Shown piece after piece: positions 58,753-64,000 of a stretch of DNA of 64,000 nt; positions within the stretch are counted from its first letter, which is position 1, and every line of letters starts with the position of its first letter. A program made the translations under genes and the position numbers. This stretch comes from Eledone cirrhosa (taxonomy: Eukaryota). The stretch lies in NCBI GenBank assembly GCA_964016885.1, contig OZ024742.1, positions 156,798,001 through 156,862,000 on the forward strand, given 5' to 3'. The notes beneath the pieces were generated by a model that made no database searches, had not been told where the DNA came from, and saw only the letters and a program-made list of their open reading frames with translations.

Positions 58753-59294
58753 TATGTGTATGTGTGTGAGCGCGTGTGTGTGTGTGTATATGTATATATC
58801 TATGTATATATATAAATAAAGGAAAGGATACGATAAGGTCCTTATCTGAGGGCACCATGTTAAAATGTTACCTTCAGTGCCTGCATCATGGCCTATATCA
58901 CTCGAGCTTTCAGCGTTTTAGAATTCTTTCATATTATCTATTTTTAAATTATTGTAGTCTGTCTATGATTTTGCTACTGAAGAAATGATGATAAATATTT
59001 GCACATATGCACCAGTTTTCCGTTTTCTTATGTTTTGAGTAATTGTGATATACACCGTAGCAACGCCTAAACAATTGTAAAACATGAAATAAGATAAAAA
59101 GCTTATTCTATCTATTGCTTTGGTTGGATATGCTCTGTGTTTTTGTTTATCTTTCTCTCTATTATCCTTTACAATTATCTTTCATATCTTCCAGGCATAA
59201 AAATATTGAGCTTCGTATAAAATTATTTAGAAATCATATACTTTCGTATATAGCTCTCTACCAGCAAATGAAAAAATATATATATGTGTATATG

Positions 59295-59335
<41 letters not shown>

Positions 59336-59360
59336 ATGTGGGTTTGTGTAGTTGTGTGTT

Positions 59361-59391
<31 letters not shown>

Positions 59392-59427
59392 GTGTATGTG
59401 TTTGTGTGTATTTACACATGCATACAT

Positions 59428-60310
59428 AACACGAAATACCTGATTCACAAAAGAGATAGGAATGCAGGCAAAACACCTAGATGTGATAACAAGTGCAGAC
59501 TCTGCAGAACTAACATCGAGGACATCACCCATGTCATCAGCAGCTGTCCAAAATGTCATCGCGGTACTATCTACCTAATAGGCATGACGTAGGGGTCAAA
59601 ACACTGTAAAATGCAGTTCGTAAAAAAGATTGCCCCGATAATAACCACATTAAAAGCTATAGCAATGTGGAAGACATCCATGTACATAATATGAAAGAGT
59701 ACTGGTGGAATGTTCTAGTAAAAACCCCAATAAAATGCAGGCATAACAGACCAGATATTATGATATGGGACAGGGAGAAGAAAGCATGCACAGTAGTGGA
59801 AATTAGCTGCCCAACAGAAGCCAATATAATAGGAAAGATTAGTGAAAAGGAGAATATTTATGCAGAACTGATGAGAAATCTGCAGATAATCCACCCTGAT
59901 TACACCTTCAGATTTATGCCTGAGAGTATTGTGGCACTGGGGTATGTTAGTAACTGCCTCAATACAAATCTTGAGAAGCTAGGCTTCGCAGGAACAGAAA
60001 GAATACAACTTGTTAGGAAATTACAAGTACAATCCATTAATGGAATAGTAAAAATATGTAAAATATTCAAAAAAATGTGTATCTAATAACTGCATATACA
60101 CATGTACAGATGCAAAGCATATACACATGCAAACATACAAGTCAAAACATACACATCCACACATACAATAACATCCATATATACACATGCATGCATACAT
60201 ACATATCTACCTAGTTGATGTTGTGTAAATTCCAAGAGAGAGTCTTGTGTCTGTTAGAAACCGACTCTCTCTCTATTGGTAAACCTTTGTGAAATTATAA
60301 AACCAGAAGA
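59428..60310 (+). mobile_element. 3' end of an RLE-type non-LTR retrotransposon (CCHC knuckle and restriction-like endonuclease)
   Basis: CRLCRTNIEDITHVISSC; HNRPDIMIWD..VVEISCP..EKENIY..VALG. Confidence 0.9.
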
Positions 60311-61212
60311 AGATACATACATACATTCATATTGGTCTTTGCTTGAATATACGTCATCAGTTCAGGATCTTAATCGCCAAAGAGTTAAAATGTAAGGCGC
60401 TCTCCGAGAAGAACATCGTTTAGATGTCGTTGTAGTTGATGCATTTCTAGTATCTAATTAATTATGGAACGTACAATAAGTCGCACACTTGTCTTCCGCT
60501 GCAGCAAAATTGTCTAGCCTAACAATGCGTGTAAATTTATAAATAATTTGAACCAGCTAAAGCCCGCACCTATACAAAGAAGAGGTATCTCCTACATGCA
60601 GTAGAGTGCTTTATCACGTCATATTATTTAAATAATGTGAAGCGGCTCCCATTCTAAGGATGAGAAATTAAATGTAGTGCTTCTTGAAACGATAAATTAT
60701 TAAACAATATTCAAGGCTAGCGATGTTCTTAAAAGGAAGAGAGCAAAGTTATGGAATTAGAGAGGATTGAGTTTGAAAACTAAAATTCCAGTTTGCTATA
60801 AATTTATCGTCTTAACGGGGAGATATGTACTGATATAGTAACTGTATCAGGCATATACACTTCAGGTTATATGTTATAGAAATATGTGATTTCACATTGA
60901 ACGACAAAGTCTCAAATAAACAGTTATTTCTTAAATCTGGAACACAAAGCAGGGCTTGTCATGTTAGTAGTGTTAATGATGGAAGTTTACCGAAAATTCT
61001 AACCCGTGGCCAGTTTTAGTGTTACTTACATGCCACCGATTTTCGTTATTTTATTTTCCTTTCTGTTAGTTGATGATTTAGTCGTTATTTTTCAGAGCAT
61101 GTAAACGCTCCGATATACGTCCCTGATTGCAATGTTCGCACGATTGCAATTTTCGCACGTGTGCGCATTGTCAACAAATATATGTATATGATCGACACAA
61201 GCCACTCATTTG

Positions 61213-61313
61213 TCTTCTTCTTCTTCTTCTTCTTCTTCTTCTTCTTCTTCTTCTTCTTCTTCTTCTTCTTCTTCTTCTTCTTCTTCTTCTTCTTCTTCTT
61301 CTTCTTCTTCTTC
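61213..61313. repeat. (CTT)n microsatellite
   Basis: Read directly from the sequence. Confidence 0.98.
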
Positions 61314-63444
61314 ATATTTGGTTGACACATACTTAAATTAAAATATGGCTATCGATATTAAAAGGAACATGAAACTATTGGATACATAATGAAAGCAAGC
61401 ACGTCCTTTCAAAGAATCAACTGGAGAGATCATCATTGGTAAATACATTTTTTATATGAATACTTTTAACGTCCCCCAAATTCAGTTTAACGCTCAAGGC
61501 ATCAGGTGGTTGGTATACCATCGATATACGCATGGGGCTAGAAATAACGTCTTAGTGAAAATATTATCCAATCTGCCACATGAATCCATATAAAGTCCAA
61601 TTCCTGCCAAAGACGACAATGAATGATGGAAATGACATGTTAATACAGAATACTTTGCAATATTTATTTAGTTAAACATACAGAAAAAGAAACCAGCTTG
61701 GGAAAGGACTGTAAATACTATATATGAGAGGAAAAGAAGGGTAACAGAACGAACTACTAGACAAAGGACATATTCTACTCCTAGGTCAGATCGGTGTTTC
61801 GGTGATTGACACTTCATTTCGCTTCTTAGATGAAATTACGCAATTCATAATTTCATAATGTTACATGCCGATAACATCTAATTTCCTTAGATTAAGCAAT
61901 CACTGAACATACAATTTATACAAACATTAAAAAATATCATCAAAGCAGAAAGCAAAATAATAACGTATATAATTAATATAAATTGATAGGATAACATTAA
62001 GAAATACGATAGGAATATATGAGATGAGAAATATATATAAAGAATGTTGTTTTGTGAGCTAATAAGAACTTAAGAGCAGTAGCTATATAAAACTGATATA
62101 TTTGAAGAGCTGTATGATGAATATTCTGATATACCACGCAATCGGATATCGCCTAAGACTTCTCTTTGATCATTCCACAAATCAGGTATAGTGTCCGACC
62201 AACCGATTGAAATACACCGTTATCGAATCCAACGTGCTTCATTTTTGAATCCAATATATATTTCTCATTTGATATCATCTGTCATTGTCCGATATCATGT
62301 TGATTTTAGAAATAATATATCTCGGAAAACAGAGACAATACATCATCGGTATCTCTCAACGAAACACATATTTCCTTTGACAAATTTTCTCAATTGCAAT
62401 AGCGATGTAACTGTAGTTTGAAGATTTAGTTTTAAGGCAACTCAATTATATTTTAAACTATATTTAAAATAATACATCGAATATTATATGTCATACACAG
62501 AACCTTTAAGAATATTATATGTCATACACAGAATCTTTAAGAATATTAATAAAACTTATTAATTTACAGAATATACTTGACCGTATGCTCTCGGAAGGAA
62601 ATTAGCCCGACATTTAAATATATCAACACATTAAAGAAAGACTCAAAGGAGTCGCTTCTGCATAATCGCTCAATCTGTTAGATTTAGCAGCCTATTCTCC
62701 CTCAAGCTATAATTCTGATGCGTTCAATATTGTAGCAACGCCCGCTAAATGTCAATATGGGAGAGCCAAGGCTGGATAATATTTGATCAAAAGAAGTTTA
62801 AGGTCGATGCGTGATGAAATTTTACGACAATGATACAAACGATATTTATATAGTAAATCCACATTGTAACATATGTCGTTATAGGAATAATTTCGAATTA
62901 GATATACGGTAAAATTATGGATTACGCCTACAGGCCATGGAAGAGATATAACCGAAAAGCTTTTAGCCTCTCAGCTTATACATTAAATACACAGCCTGTG
63001 GTTAAGACGTAGATGAACAATTCAGAAAGAAAATAATGCGCAGTTTTAAATTACTATTTAAAGAATTTTCTGAAAATCGAGAGAAATGAAATATTAAATT
63101 TATTTTTAATATACGCACGGGAAATAAATACTGACTTTAATATGGTTTGAAATTGTATATTTTTTCACAAAATAAATATGTTATGTATTGTTAAATTTCC
63201 ATAGGAAAATTGATATATAGTTGATACGTATGAATACTTTCAATTGATGTCATTTTATTTATTTTTGTATACCGAACGTTTATCAATATCCATGGTGTTC
63301 AATTATGAAATGAAAGCATGATTGAATAGAATAATTAAAATTTCTATAAATTAGATACATATTTAAACTTCTATTAAACCTACATTTTTATTGGAATCTT
63401 TATAACATATTTGAATTATATATGTGAAAAAGAATGATTCGACT

Positions 63445-63880
63445 GTTGGCATAAGGCCAGCAATTTGAAGTGGAGTACAAAGTAGATTAAATCGACCCTA
63501 ATGCAATAATGGTACGTACGTTATCGAAACCATAAGAACAGTATCCATAACCTCGGTCGGATTTGAATTCAAAACATGTATGTTGTTCGACGCTCTTGCG
63601 ATATTGCCAATCAACAACTTATAATTCCGCATTAAATAGTACTACCTCATAAACATAGATGCGCATACATAAGAAAGATTCCTACATTTAATTCATGGTC
63701 AGCAAACTGAAGAGAAATGGAAAGTCGATTAATTATAAGGTGGTACGTTACTGGCCCATTAATTTATAGACCTCGTAGGATGAAAGTAAAGCTGACCCTG
63801 TCATGAATTAAACCCAGAACGTAAAGGGCCGTAGCTATGTGCCAAAACACATGTTTACCGATGCACTACCGATAATGTCT
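63445..63880 (-). mobile_element. Two old, diverged SINE copies (~63445-63610 and ~63720-63880)
   Basis: ttggcataaggccagcaattt, ggatttgaattc, ggatgaaagtaaag, cagaacgtaaagggccgta. Confidence 0.7.
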
Positions 63881-64000
63881 ATATACAACTTCCATAATAA
63901 ATAACACTAGCTCATAAACAAAGACACTCATACATAATAATCAAATATTCATATTTGCCAAAATTAGTCGATGCCAAACATGAAACGTATCTAATTATTC

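Noticed and set aside
62483-62547. 31-bp tandem duplication (also short duplications near 4318 and 54450/54690)
   Set aside because: Ordinary local slippage with no further structure.

Overview
AT-rich, microsatellite-dense eukaryotic DNA with no recognisable host gene. The repeated tRNA-derived SINE resembles those of octopod cephalopods (inference). The window is dominated by Penelope-like retroelements (PLEs) of at least two types: a Neptune-like element forming a 7-kb palindrome, and several Naiad-like elements or remnants. Most PLEs sit in or next to (TA)n tracts, have fold-back (inverted) ends and carry minimal hammerhead ribozymes (HHRs). Best signal: a Naiad-like GIY-YIG endonuclease frame (46202-46805) in which the only stops over about 155 codons are two in-frame TGA codons, both at zinc-finger Cys positions, suggesting a selenoprotein-encoding retroelement. 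The same family carries a non-canonical HHR core (CAGAAGA) in all four copies. Also present: tandem HHR (retrozyme-like) arrays, a cargo-carrying TIR element, and RTE- and RLE-type LINE remnants. Everything was read and folded by eye, and boundaries are approximate.
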